A stretch of 64,000 nt of DNA from Antedon mediterranea (GCF_964355755.1 NC_092673.1:6262001-6326000); one strand, 5' to 3'. Shown: positions 14,162-28,694, counted from the stretch's first letter. Notes: generated from the letters alone by a model not told the origin. Program-made: numbers and translations.

Positions 14162-14206
14162 CTGCACTGACGAGATCTAATAAGATGGAAACAGTACTGT
14201 CTGCAG
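14162..14206 (+). ncRNA. Type I minimal hammerhead ribozyme (Penelope-associated type)
   Basis: Stem I CTGCA/TGCAG, core CTGACGA, stem II (G)ATCT-AATA-AGAT(G), GAAA, stem III ACAG-TA-CTGT and GTC cleavage triplet. There is one mismatch at the base of stem II. Confidence 0.75.
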
Positions 14207-17200
14207 ATTATATATATATATATGCTTTTATTAGTTGCTTTGTGAAAAATATGCATACAGTATTTCTTTGTTCAGATGCTTACAATAAGCTTTAAGCTGG
14301 GTGAACTGATGAACTTTGGCATTTGACCACCAACACTGACCTAACATCACAATGTTGGCCAGTATACATACACTTACATACAATGCCAGAATTCAAAAAA
14401 ATTATAAAGCAATGGACAAAGAAAAAAATTATAAAGCGGACAAACAGAAACTACAAAAATTATTATTATTATTCTTTAAAAGATTAATATTATTTGTCGT
14501 TAAGCTCAATATCTTCCACTTGACCTAAAACCTCAGGTCATCCATCATATAGCACTTGGCTGATTATTATAGTTAAAAGCATTGAAATAATATTGAAAAC
14601 AGAACCAGAAACAGTTGGAAAAAAAATGAAGCCATATGGTAGAAAGAGAGATTAGGGACATACTGTACAAACATATTTATTTTCATACTGGACTTTTGAA
14701 AGTTAAACCAACCAGTTGGTTAGTTTTTTTTTTTTTTAGTTCATTCCAATGCGAACAGCTTCGAAATGTTCTAATTTTCCAAGTCTAAGATAGTTAAATA
14801 TAACTACTGCCCGGTAAAGCCTGTTTTTCTCTTCTTATTTGCGCAAATCAAAAGTTTTGATCTATGTAATGTGTATTCATATTTTCATCTATTACTTATG
14901 ACGCAACCAATAAGAACTCACGAATGTTAGATTTGCGTCAATATATTCGACTAGGGGATAGAACGAACGAATAAACATTTTTCTAACAAACTGAAGTGAC
15001 ACAAATCGAGATGAACAAGATTAAATTTGATTGGTTGGAGGTCAAAATCAAAAAGTTTGGTACCTTCCAATAATATTTTCCTAGTTCAGACCTATGGAGT
15101 TGTACACCACATAACTTTGTAGTGTGAACAGACCCTTAATCTGTTTTTCAATAATTATATCAATTATATCCATAAGCATGCATGCATACAACATTCAATT
15201 ATGGTGTAATTATTATCTTCTCATCCATCTTCAAGTATCAATAAGTAGATAATCTATCATTCAATTATAATTGCCAGTCATATCAAATACATGTTGTCTT
15301 TTAAAAATTAATAAACAATAATCTTTAAAGATGAATTAGTTAATTACAGTATCTCCATTATTGAAGTAAAAAACATGCACTACAGTAGAAGAAATTTAGT
15401 GTTATTATTTTTAAGGACACTAAAGGAAAATAATGCCCTAAAGTCGTCGTTAGAAGAGGAAGCGCATAAAATCATCAGAAGAACTGTTAAACAATACTGA
15501 CCATCTAACAGCAGAACCTATCCTTTGGAACTCTATTCAGAACACAAATTAGGGGGACATTTTGAGTCCTAAATGTGCCCCCAATAGGGGTTCTACTGCA
15601 CCTTCAACATATTGACTGTTTAATAATAATGTAATAGTAATCCTCTTATTTTGTATGATAAAAGGAATTTCGTATACAGTATATACTGTATTGCTATTAC
15701 ATGTAATATTTCCCCAGTGTATGCCTGTATTTTTTAAATGAATACATACCATTATTGTGATCTGTGTTGCGCTATTGGCTTCCCACAATTTACCCTACCA
15801 CAGTACCATACAGTACATATTTTTTTTAAAGCTCAGGTACAACAGGCATGAATTTTAAATATACAGTAATATCTGGTTAATTGTACATAAATCAAATATT
15901 TGTACCAGAAATCAAGACGAAAAAACATGAATTTCCCTTAATATGGTCAAATACAAAATTTGGCAAAATTCTGCCATAAAAACCAGGAAGACTTTTTTTC
16001 AATAGTTAATAGGTAGTTTAATCTAATGTAATAACATGTCTGGTGACTCCCTAATAGGTGAAAAAAGATGGTGGATATACGGTGGATAATTTTTGCTATA
16101 GCATGAAAATAAAAATCTGAAGTTGAATAAAAATACCAGAAATGTAAAATTCAAGTTATATTTATACCTATATATAGTCATCTGATAACATTTTTTACAA
16201 CACCGTTTATTTTTCATAGCTTTTTAAAATGCCTCTCTAATTACAACATTTGTGTACAAAAGAATAGAGATTTTACTGTGTAATTTGAAGAAAGTGCTTA
16301 TTTTCAACAAGCTCGTGTAACACAAAAAAAATCCCAAAAATTATGAAACATAGGGGAAACTATAGATTGATAATTATTGGAATGTATGATCAATAGAAAT
16401 TTTTTGCCCGCACCTGGCCTTTATAAGAAAAGTACCTTACATATGTTTGTTAGAGAGGGAGTACACCAATATACTCTTCTCATACTGTAGTAATCTGTCA
16501 ACATTTATTAAGTTGGTGTGAGGTTAATCTCTTAAGGTGTTGCCATCGTTATAATGACGAGCAATTACTTAAATTGAGATTTAAGCCCGCTAATATAATC
16601 TACTGCTTTAATAGGAATGCAATAGAAATGAACGCCAAACCCAACTTTACATGTATAATAATTATAATGTATAGTTGTGAAATTTAGAAATAAAATAATG
16701 AATTTTGTGAATGGAAGTATTAGAGGAATTATAAATTAATCAATTTAATGAACTAAAGTTGGGGACTCGCCTAGATTGAGTGGAAAAGACTTGGAAGGAT
16801 TTGATACTGTACTGTAGGTGTGGCGATCTGGTCTTGGCTCTGTAGGGGACCCAATTAAAATTGTTATCAGTTTTCGTGTTAACCTTAAGAAAACGATAAT
16901 AAATATCTTTCAGTACATCCTATTTTTTAGGTCAATTATCTGCTAATTATTTTTGTTCATATGGGCTAATTCATAAGTTGGGTTGGGCTAATAAAACTGC
17001 AACGTTACCATTTTTCTTGACCAGAGACAAATCATATGAATAAAAGTATTTTCGTAGTTTAATAGTAAATGCAGGGATTATAAGAATTCTTAGAACTAAC
17101 ACCAAGGATGCTTTTTTATTCAATGATTTACCAATCAATGCTCTTTGGACAATACTGTATACAAATCACTCATTGAACCAGTATTAAGTTATTGTAACAT

Positions 17201-17606
17201 AATATGGTGTAGTACATTTCCAAGTTATCTAGATGAGTTATTTAAACTCCAGAAAAGGGCATTATAAGCTATAACATTGGTGACATGGTCAAAGTTTAAT
17301 GATTCAATGACTGAATGTTTCTATAAATTTAAACTTCTTAAAATTGCGGATATCAATAAGTACCAAATTGGGCTTTTCATGTACAACGTTATTACTAATC
17401 AGGACGTGCGTTTTTCATCAATGGTTCTTGCCATAATCATAATACAAGATCTAAGGACCCAAATTGTGGAATGACTTGAATAACGAACTACAAAGTACCA
17501 ACTCATTAAATATATTTAAATCATTGTTTAAAGAACATTTATTATCATTTTACAAATAATTTAAAAATAATACTTGTTGCAGGATCTAGCTTTTATTATT
17601 ATTTAA

Positions 17607-18687
17607 GGCCCTGTTCAGACCCATGGCGTTAGACCGTTTTAGCGTACAACGTTACTAGCAAGGTCACGTTACAAACCGCAGAGAAAAAAACGAGGTGTTC
17701 AGACCCATAGCGTACGATTATCGTTACAACGGAAGTACGTCATTCAGGTTGTTTCTAGTTGCATATTCATGTGCTCTTACCCACGTGTTTTCATCATTAT
17801 TTCCACTGTGTATAGGCCTAGATCTCAGCCCTACAATTATGACAAAATTTGCCGTAAATAAAACAACATACCTCAGCATTTATTTAATAAAAATATAGTA
17901 AAGCCAAATTTCTGTTTCTATTGTTTTTATTTTGTATTAAAAAACATTTTCCCCAGGTTCTTGTGTTACGAAAATAAAGCAGGCCTCCTAATAATGATGA
18001 AGAAATTGATTGTGATTAGTCTATCCAGTCCAGTCAAAGATATATATTCTTTGTTCCAGTAGGTTTTAAATAACCCTTAACTTGCTAATAAAAGGGACAC
18101 AGCTCCCCCTTGTTTGTTTACTGGTTTTTTTAGGAGTTAGGGGGTTTTCAGCATTAAACTTGTCCAGTCTAGTCTGCCTTGTATATGAATGAGTGACTTG
18201 ATGTTCCACGCTAGTTTTTAGCTTGAATGAAATGCGTGAATGACTCTAGGCCTAGCTAGGCCTAAAAGCGGATGGGATCGTAGTCCCTATGTTTAAATAC
18301 AAGGTGCATGTATTTATGTCATTTGTTAGAAAATATAATGGTAATCAGTTGATAGTAATTTGTAGCCTTTGTAACAGTTGTATTTGTAGTGTAGTTAGGC
18401 CTTATTTATTCTGGCCTTTTTGTTATTGAAATCCATCTCACACATTGACGATACAAGATGTCAGCCTAGGTCAAACCTTGTATCGCGTCATAACAGGAAA
18501 CGTTCTGATTGGATACAACGTTGACTTACAGTAGCGTCGTACGCTAAAACGGTACTATCAACCGTTTTCCACTACAACGCTACAACCGTTGTACGACGCG
18601 TTGTACGCTAATCCCCAACTGTTCAGACACACATTCTTTTAGCGTCGTACGCTAAAACGGTCTAACGCCATGGGTCTGAACAGGGCC
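17607..18687. mobile_element. PIF/Harbinger MITE family 1, copy B (inverted relative to copy A)
   Basis: Same TIRs; near-identical reverse complement of 7884-8968 over its whole length; TAA/AAA flanks. Confidence 0.9.
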
Positions 18688-18810
18688 AAAGTATAGTTTA
18701 TAGGCTAGTTAGGGATGTAGGAGGACACAACTTATCAAGCTCTTTTGAGTTTTTATGTGTTTCCTTTTCATCTTATTATTATGCATTCTTATATTGTTGT
18801 ATTTCACAAT

Positions 18811-19648
18811 GGCCCCGTTTCTGCTGCCAAAAATATACCGTATATATACGGTATATTTTATATACGGTATATTTTTTGGCAGCAGAAATGGGTCTCATAA
18901 AAAATATACCGTATATATATGCGGTATATATACCGCATAAATATCCCCATCGTTTATGGATATTATACGGTATATTCCAAAATATACCGTATATTTCGTA
19001 CCCCGTTTCTGCTGCACTCAAAATATACCGTATATGTGACCCGGCCCATGACACGAGGTAAAAAAAACTAACAGAGCGTGACGCGTTTGTTTGGTTTTTC
19101 TGCTGCATTGACACACACGTGTATAAGCAAGCAACAGATCAAAATATCACTGTGGACTGAAGAAATAACTATTTTTGCAATTCAATTGTGGGGAGAAGCA
19201 AAGGTTTGGGGGAGACTGCATGGCAACAGAAGACATACCGAGATTTACAAAAGTATCTCAAACAAAATAAAAGCAGAATTTGTGGTAGATTTAATCGTCT
19301 TCTTTGCATAAATCTAGTCAATGCCCATTCTACATTTCTAGATTGTTTGTGCGGTGTAAATTCGTTGCCACTTCTTCTCATTAGATTTAAAATAGAAAGC
19401 AATGCTACGACGTTTTGAGAAACCATCATTGTTTTGTTTTTGTCATGTAACCTCACTACACGAGACTCTAGGTCAATCCATACTTCCGTCTCACGAAATG
19501 CATTTTGGGTAATGAAAGCAAACTTGTTTACAGTCCATCCACTAAGTATGTGCAGCGGAAACGGTGCACGAATTTCATATACTGTATATATACGGTAAAT
19601 ACGGTATATTTATACGGTATATTTGGGATTGGCAGCACAAACAGGGCC
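18811..19648. mobile_element. PIF/Harbinger MITE with ATATACCGTAT subterminal repeats
   Basis: TIR GGCCCCGTTTCTGCTGCCAA / TTGGCAGCACAAACAGGGCC; 3-bp AAT duplication. Confidence 0.82.
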
Positions 19649-19824
19649 AATGTTTTATGTTTGATGAATAAAGAATATTTGATTTGATTTGATCTATAGA
19701 CAAGAATACACTATCTAACTGAATAACATTTAGAAAAAGAAAAAAGCACATTTCCATCGCCCAAAAATAATGATAACATAGTTTTGGAGAAATGTTTAAG
19801 ACTTAATTACTATTCAGGTTATAG

Positions 19825-19900
19825 TTCTCTCCTCGCCTCAGAAGAGAAAAAGGCCAATGCTGGTTTATCCAGGTAACTAAAATGTGCAGTATGTAGTCAT
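19825..19900. mobile_element. Decayed DIRS right terminus (B-like)
   Basis: AGAGAAAAAGGCCAATGCTGGTTTATCCAGGTAA resembles 63497-63531. Confidence 0.5.
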
Positions 19901-21598
19901 ATTTGACATCAGGTGTACAGTATTAAACATCAATCAATATCAATCTATAATACATTTTGTTTCTCAAATAAAAACACAGATTTACTGAAGTTAAATGCAT
20001 TTCAAAAAGAAAATTGAATTCCAAAAAGATATTACATATTTTGTTTATCTCTGTTGGTTGTGAATTGAATAAAAAAAAGAAAGTATTACAAAACAAACGG
20101 GAAAATTATATTTCTTATAACTACTTTCTTAATTGTATCTAAAAATAAATTTTTGTAACATTCTTGATAATTATTTCCATAAAAGTACCAAATAATGTTA
20201 ATATTGGCAAGCCATACTAGTTTCACAACCATTGACCAGTGCGTGGTGTAATATACAAATATATAAATGCATGTTTCCTAAATATATTAAGCTATATAAT
20301 TACCTCACCTGGCTCACTGTTGATGTCAATGTTACACAGTTGATTTCATCTCACAACACATAAACATTTTCTGCATTAATTTTAATGTGCATGATTACAC
20401 TCTGTGAAATTATTTTTTTTCTTCTCTGTATTACTTTTTTTTTATTCAGTATGTTGTTTATTTCAAGATATTCCACAACATACTATATAATGCTAATGAC
20501 AGGAATGGTTAGATGCAAATATAGTAATAAATGTAAAGAAAACATGTGTATGCATGTTATGCTTATTAAAAATATGAATATAAAGCTGTCGTATGGTAGT
20601 TTCCCGATTAATCGTACGATCAAACGGTACTGGGTATGATCAACTAGCGTTCGTGTTCCCACCTAATCATCCATTCATAGAAGTACTGATGAAGATATCA
20701 ATCTGTGGCGACAATAGAATGGACCCGAGACCTGGCTATCTTCGACTTTTAAATAATAGAAAGTTTAGAAAATTTTTTGTTAGACTAGAAATGTACGTTG
20801 TATGTATATAGAAAAATGGTTGTAGTTTTCAAAATTACGTTGTATAAGTTTTCAAAATTACGTTGTATAAGTTGCGATGTGAAAAACTGTTATTTGATCG
20901 TTAGTTGTCGTGTACATAAAGCAAAAACATAAATATAATAAAATAAAATAAAATAAAAATTGTTAGTATAACTTAAAAAAATATGAATATAAAGCTCATG
21001 TGATCAAACAACTTGTCATGTGACAGAGATGTACAACATATTTACATTTCTGCCACATTACGATATTTTTACTTTAATTTGCTAATTAGATATTATTTAA
21101 AGGGTAAGTTTTTAGGGCTTCGTCTCGTTGCATAACCCATTTTGTATAATACTAACTAATAACAGGATTTTTATAGCGCACACACTGTACCACTCAAGAG
21201 TGCTCAAGGCGCTATAACTATGTTATATAATATATTAGAAAATTATTTTTAAATGTAAAGAATTATAATTTAATGTAGGACTTCAGATAGATAGATTAAT
21301 AAATAGAAAAGTAAAATAATTTATTTCCATCTATAAATTATCTATTTAATAAGACAATATTTTTTTCTTCAAAACATATTCTCAAAAATTAACAACTGCA
21401 GCTCAAAAATGACACGGCAAAAACATTTTATTATTAAATACAAACTTGTATCCCTTATTTTCAAGAGGATTAGGTTGATGATCATTTCAGAAGATCTTAT
21501 TAAAGTGATTTAGTAAGGTAAGCTTAGGATTAATTGGATTTGAAGATACAGAATATCATATTCATAGTCAATTCAAAATAGATAATATGTACTTAATA

Positions 21599-21713
21599 TA
21601 CACAAGACCCATTATTCCCAAATGATCTATCATTCAAGCTCTAACCGGGACCAACATTGCTTAACTTAGGTGATCTGACAAGAATCGGTGTTTAAACGTC
21701 GTAAGGCCGTAGT
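21599..21713 (-). pseudogene. 5S rRNA pseudogene (or SINE3 head)
   Basis: Reverse complement CTACGGCCTTACGACGTTTAAACACCGATTCTTGTCAGATCACCTAAGTTAAGCAATGTTGGTCCCGGTTAGAGCTTGAATG...TGGGAATA aligns by eye along the metazoan 5S consensus with many substitutions. Confidence 0.8.
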
Positions 21714-22975
21714 TAATAATGCCTAACAATGTGTGATTATTCAAGCATTAATTTTGTTCTTCTTAATAAACAGCTTTTCATAAACACCTGTGTCTTTTGG
21801 ACTTGACAAAATAATTTCCTGAGCTTAAGGTAGATTTAATGGTATTTAGTTATTGATATGTGAAAATATTTCAAAGTCAACAAGTATAATAGCAGGTAAC
21901 ATTGTAAAACTGGAGTTAATCAATGACACAAAACCAAGTGTTGGGAAACAATAACAACACATTTAAACCTATCGGATGTCAGGATTAACAGTGTTTTGTT
22001 AACTAGTAAATAATCTCTGTAACACCTTTATTCATGTCTGTACAATGGAGCTATGCTGTAGTATAAAAATGATACAATAAAATAAACTACTGTAGACAAT
22101 GTGCACTTTAAAGAACTTTGTGGAGATGGTTTTATTGGGCAACCGTTTTGGGCAGCCAACATTCAAAATTATAGCACTACATGAATGTCCTACTGTATGC
22201 CTCATGAAATAGCCTTTGGCATCAATTAACAACAACATTTAAATCCATTACGTGGTCTGCCTACACACAATTAATGCATTATTAGTATATGTTAATAAAT
22301 ATATATTGACATTTTCACAGAAAATGTAAACTTAACTAGCACACTGCAAAAAGCAAAATGTTCAGTCAAAATGTTTCCATCATCAATCTTTTTTTCCCTT
22401 TGTAAATTCAGAAGAGTATTGATGTCACAAATTAATCAACTCTGCAACTCATCCATCATTCCTTATCAATGTAATTTCCTTTAGTTCATGCCTATATTAA
22501 ATTACAAACAGTTTGTTAAAAAAATGTAATTCCATGTAATTCTATCTGAAGATGAGTGTAGATACCTGGTTGGATGGTACCAAGTAATTAAGCAAGAAAG
22601 CTTTAATAAAACCAGTTCTCAGAACCATCACATAAAACATTTATCATCTCATAATAAATTAAACTTCACAGAATATTTAATAAATACAGTAAGTATTTAA
22701 TGATCTTTTATAATATTTATATGGCAAGTATTATAAGAGACAAGAGAGCAACTGTAGTTCATAGAGCGTACCATTTATGAAGAGGGGTATTCAATTCATT
22801 TTATTCTCGATTAAGTTACTGTATATCTCTCTTGACTTTGAGTTTGATGAGAATAATTCATAGTTACAGGTATTTTTTCCAAAAAATGCCCAATATTAAT
22901 TATTATGAGTAATTTGGGGGCGGGGGAGTGTAGTTCACAAGTTCAAAGACTACCATTTCCAAATTTTTTTTTTTT

Positions 22976-23030
22976 TCACTCTTCAAAGAAAATAAGCGGT
23001 TTATCCAGGTAAGATACGCACAAAATAGTA
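22976..23030. mobile_element. Decayed DIRS right terminus (B-like)
   Basis: GGTTTATCCAGGTAAGATACGCACAAAATA. Confidence 0.55.
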
Positions 23031-26000
23031 ATTGTAAATTAAATTGCTCCTTAAATGCAACATTGATGAATAGATTAAAATCATACAATGATATCAAGGA
23101 TGCACTGATTGGAACACCACCTTGGAAGGTGTGTCTATACAGGCGTGCCTTGTAAAAGTGCAAATATCCTGAAGTTCGGTTTTCGGGAATAATCTTCAAC
23201 AAAATATAAGGCCACTGAGGATTATAAGAATAGGTGTGTACAGTGGATGGATAATTCTAAGAGAATGTACAGTAGGCTCAAGTCAACCTAAGTACAATTA
23301 TTTTTTATAGCATTTTATTTCTTTTAAACATAATTCGGAACTACTATGGAACGTCTGTAAATACTATAGAACACCCGTAATTACTCCTTAAATTGTACAG
23401 AATGAAGATATAAAACTACAGTTAAATACATTTTAAATTGTTTTTATTTTAAATGTTTTTCTTATAAGTATGTATTTCATTATCTTATTTTGTATTGCCA
23501 AGGAAGACAATTTTTGAAAATATCTTTGTGTTTTTGATGAATAAAGTATATAATCTATAAAAAGTCCATACAAGTTTCTGTTATGGCATGTTGGTTCGAC
23601 AATCTCTACTTGATTCAATTTGACACAAAATTCTATTAAAATAAATAAGTAGAAGTTATAGAAAATGTCCTTAGCTACTATTTTTTATCTTGCAATCTTT
23701 TACAATCTAACAAAATATAAACCCTTTGATATATAACAATCGCGTTCACATATTGGGAATAAAACTGTCTCATATATTTCACAAATGTTCATTTACTGGC
23801 TAATTTTAAGACTTGATAGTAAACTGTTTGATTAGTGTGTCGTCTGAAATCTATCCTCATCACACCATCGTCTCGGAATGCGTCCTTGATCGTAGGGACA
23901 ATTGCCTCTTCAAAGCATCAGCGCGTCGTTTTTTAAACGAAGAAACTAATAATTTTATCAGCTCTATATCGTCCTCAATTCAAAGGCTTAATCCATGTTG
24001 GCTCGCAAATTTCAAATACATTTTGAACGTAAGCTGAAGTAACTAGACACCATAGTTCCAATGTATTAAGCTATTAGTCAATTTTTCTGTCATACGTTTG
24101 AAATTGAAATGACTACAGGATAATGGAAATGATTAAAATTCCATAAATGAAGCTTCCTTTGAATCGTCTTAGTTTCCTTCAAAAGTATAATTAATCAATT
24201 TATAGTTCCTCTTTTTTAGTTTATTATTTAAAAAGTAAATTAACTTCTTCCTATAATAAGGTGATATTGAAAATTGTTCTTTTTGTTTTGTAGAGTACAG
24301 CATATGATTCAGTGTTGTTTCATATGAAATGTTAATCGTACAATAACAAGATTCTATCTATTTATTTATTTTCAGAATTGTATTGTAAATGTACTGTACA
24401 CTTTCCAAACACCTTGGGAATAAGGGTTGGCCATTGGTAAAGCATACAGTACATTTCCCCTCTTTTACCCATTAATGTTTTTACAGAAAAGTTTTTCCAT
24501 TAGGAATGGTTGTTCCTGAGTAGAGGTCCTGTACTAAGTATTTTGTGGGAAAAAATTTTGATGAGACAAATAAAATTAAATGTAGAAACGTAAACTACAG
24601 AATTTATATAACAGTATAAATTATGACTTCATATATTAGCCTTTGATTCTAATGGCTTTATTCATGGTCGAGCAAAAATATCTGAACACTGATCCCACAT
24701 CATTACGATCTTTATGTCACATTAATCACTGCTCATCTCTGTTAACGAATCTGACAGCTCGGAAAATACAGTTAAAATATAGTATATGTTACGCTTGTTT
24801 TCTCTAGCTTTCAGATGACGATTGACTGCAAATGTATTAATATTATGATTAAATTTATATAAATCATATGTCCTTGGTGTTTTCTTTAACTTATATTGAA
24901 GTAGGCCTACATTTTTATTAAGAATAAAATACTGTAAAATCAGCTTTTGCTAGAATAATTTTCAATTTACAATATCAAGTTTTTTTATTTTGTGTTTTGA
25001 AAATGTTATTCAATAAATACTGTACCAGAAAAAATTATCAAAAAAGACCATGGGCTTCTTTTTGAGGTTTTACACTACTACTGTAATCCAGTTCCCTGCT
25101 TCAGAAATTTTGCACAACACAACACAACTGGACAACATATAGTTTTTGATCTTGAAGGAGGAAACTTTTATAATTTAAAATCTCAATGCTTCTCTTGGTG
25201 ATGACATGACCATATCTTTAAATTTAGATCAGTTCAACAACGGAGAGTTTTTTTTTTTATACAATAAAGGAAAATCCCTCCTAATTAAAGTCTTTTTTAA
25301 ATTCATTTTTTTCTATTGTGGATCAACCCATAATATTCCCATAGCATTGATTTGATTAAAAACCCATTATCTAATAACTCAGTATTATATCTCAGACTTT
25401 AAAATATAATTGCTCACTATAATCCACGTATCCTTCAACCTTGAAATTTTAAATAATAACAATTTAGTTTTAATTATGACATTCAAAGTATAAAGGCACC
25501 ATGTCCCAGCATGCATGAAGAATGGTTGCCATGGTTATCATAAACATCGATTAGACATAACCTTCAATACAGGTGAAATAATGAGTCGAGAGACACAGGA
25601 TAATTCGGTAACTGGAGCTATTGAATACAGACAGATAAAAATGCTTTGGGATATTAGAAAATGATACAACAGAGAACATAAATCATTGTGGCACACCCAA
25701 TTGTTGAACAGACGGTGAATATTGTACACTTCTTTCAATACAATGTAGACAAACATAAAGGTAAGACAAAGCACCATGAATCATGTAGTAGTAGGTATAG
25801 TAGCAACACTGACATCTTTCATGTGAAATTTAAGAATGACCCAACTAATTGGAAAATTGATTTTTAATATTATTTCAAATCTCAGAGGATCAGAAATGCG
25901 AGGTATCATCTTTTGCCAAAAGCAAAAGGACGTACAGTCTCCAGAGATTTGTTTAGTACACCGAACAATGATTTAAAAAGGCAATAACCTGATAACTAGA

Positions 26001-26719
26001 TAGAAGGTTTACTCATGACATAAAGAAGGGAGAGGAACACAAGATTTGCACAAGTACAGTATATCCAAAAGCGCTGCTTTTGTGCGAGGAGGTCCAAGTT
26101 GTTTCTTTAAACAATAATTCCAGGCAAGCGTTACGCCACCGATGCCAACATGTAAAGATCAATACAAATGACAATGTTGTATGCGATACTGAAGAATACT
26201 TGTTTTATTGCACTTTGACCTTTGATATCAATAGTATAGCTCCATCAAATCATCTTTCAAAGAGTTCCATTTCAAACCAATGCCCTTTTGGATGTAGATG
26301 TCTTGTAGCATTTCTAGAAATCTGTAATGTGTATTAAAACTTTTCCATCATTTCTCATGGCCTAAACTAAATCACATACTATGTCAATACCTGGCCACTT
26401 TGGTAACTTCTTCTATTCTAAACAAGACAGTCTAAGATTTACTCTTTATTTCATGTTTGATGTACTTTTTCAGCTACAAAAATCATTCAAATACTTGTTA
26501 ATGTTACACTGTAAATGATGCAAAATGCAAATAATTTGAATTGGCATTGTAAAACACTGTTATAAATTCCTAGACTTCATTAAACATTGTGTATTGCAAT
26601 TTACTACTCTGCAGAGACTTGTAGAAATTAGTTATCGTCATAACCATGTCACGTAGCATTTGAATCTGCATTCATAATGTTGTTCTCCTTTTGTATTGAA
26701 TTTATGCAAAATTTAATTG

Positions 26720-27330
26720 ATAAAACAAAGCTGAGATGTTGTGGAAAGAATGGGAAATGTACTTTGAAAATGTAGACATAGAAACTGAAGAAAGTTAGTA
26801 GAAAAAATGACAGTAAAGCCATCGGATAGCAGAGAAAAGTGCAGTAATCTACCATTCTGCAAATTTTACAAAGATAAACAAAGATGAAATGTTGTTGAAT
26901 GGAGAAAACACTTGAATTTGTAAAAAGCCACATAAACTGGAGATGAACAGTAAAGTGATGAAAATTAATGTACTGAAGCCATCGAATGACAGAGAAAAGT
27001 TATGGCAATCCAATGTTCTGCAAAGATGAAATGTTGTTGAATGGAGAAAACACTTACATTTGCAAAAATTCACAGAAACTGGAGATGTACAGTCAGTAGT
27101 AGGGAAAATTAAAAAAGCCATCGTATAGCAGAGAAAAGTTATGGTAATCTAATCTTCTGCAAAGTTGACTTGATATAGAACAATGATGACACGTTATTCT
27201 CACTGGATGACAAATGTAGTCATAGAAATAATGATTGATAGCTGAGGAAAGTACAGTTAAGACAATCTTATGCAAAGTACTGTAAAACTACAGTATATGT
27301 TGAATAGATGACAAATGCACTTTTGCAAAT
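26720..27330. repeat. Degenerate ~141-bp tandem repeat (~4 copies)
   Basis: Recurrent AAATGTTGTTGAATGGAGAAAACACTT and AAGCCATCG....CAGAGAAAAGT blocks. Confidence 0.75.
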
Positions 27331-27734
27331 TTACTGCAGCCAAAATGGAATATCATCAACATAACCATCTTGTACTCTTTCCTAACAGATGTCTCAAGAT
27401 ATATATATTTTTTAATCCAGTGTATCTACTGTATAATGTACTACTGTAGTTGGAGCAACTACATCAACATCAAGCTCGACTTGCTGATGTGGTGAGTCTT
27501 CTGGCCAGTGCCAGATCCCATTGTGTGTCACTGTCTTTGACTGCATCAGAAATACTGTAGTAGTGAATGTGTTTTAAAGAGAACACATTACAGTACAGCA
27601 TTTATCTGTCATAATGCTCCTTTGTGTTTCCATCATCAAGCATCAAGGACAGGGCTTTGTTCCATTCAATAGCCATAAGGTTTCCACATGTCTGGAACCA
27701 GTTCCTTGAAATCATTGACTGCTGAAATCTCTAA

Positions 27735-28030
27735 GGGCCTGTTTCTGCTGCATACAAAATAACCGGTTAAAATCGGTGTGAATAAATTAAAATCGGTGTG
27801 AATAAATTAACTCCATTTTCTTGGCAGCAGAAACAAGACAAATTTTTGGTAACCGGTTAAAAGGCAGCGCAAAATCACCGGTTAAAAACACCAATTTAAA
27901 TCGGTGTTAGAACGCCGTTTAACCGGTTATCGCTGAGCAATTCTTAGCTGCAACACGAAATAACGGTTATTTGATTGACAGTTGTGACCCCGGGTCAGAT
28001 ACTTATATTATATTTATTTTAGGGTCTCAA
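27735..28030. mobile_element. Truncated PIF/Harbinger MITE related to 39572-40449
   Basis: TAA+GGGCCTGTTTCTGCTG, AACCGGTT repeats and a shared AGCTGCAACAC block; no second TIR found. Confidence 0.65.
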
Positions 28031-28694
28031 AAAATTATTTATAAACCGCTTTTAAAATACACAGAAAAAAAAAGTTTTTGGTGTGGCTGTGTTTCATATC
28101 AAGTCCCATAAGAACATAATTTGGCATCAAAAACTAACACCTGATGGTTTACCATGTTAATGTAAATATCATATGGTATACTAAACATACTGAATGTCAT
28201 GGTTGCCAGGACAACGTCACGTCCACTAAACACAGACAGGAGGAAGGTGTTCTCGTGGGATTGGCAGTTATGCTAGATGATAATCCACCATTATAATCTC
28301 GTAAAAAGACGGAATTTATATTCAAAACAAAGCGGAAAGAATGTCTATTGTTTTGTATTTACTGATAATTGTCACCATATATAGTGGTAGGCGCTACACT
28401 TATGGATGTGAACTTGTGTTGGGTGAAGGTGAGTAGAGAAACCTATCTTCAAAGTTTCTATCTAAACTTAAAATGTATTTAAGGCCTTCATCTGGCCTAA
28501 TTTTAAAACACATCATAATTAACCTCAAGAAACCGCTGGATACCTGAAAGTACTGTTTTTATATCAATCGTACCCACCCATAACTTTTGACACCCACCAC
28601 ACATTTCCCAAGTTACATCCATATGCACTAATGGCTGCAGTGGGACCATGGAGGAACTGATCCTCTCTATTAATTTTTCAATGTGGTATTTTGA

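Larger units (their letters stand above)
17040..19695 (+). pseudogene. Decayed L2/CR1-group LINE 3' portion, split by two MITE insertions
   Basis: Peptide IYKSLIEPVLSYCNIIW...LFKLQKRA is typical of the region after the RT of CR1/L2 LINEs. 3' UTR pieces at 18688-18810 and 19649-19695 end in AATAAA+(TTTGA)n. Confidence 0.72.

Noticed and set aside
12182-19900. Pairing the 12182 A-end with the 19865 B-end as one 7.7-kb DIRS
   Set aside because: No RT/YR remnants seen between them, and the two ends differ greatly in divergence.
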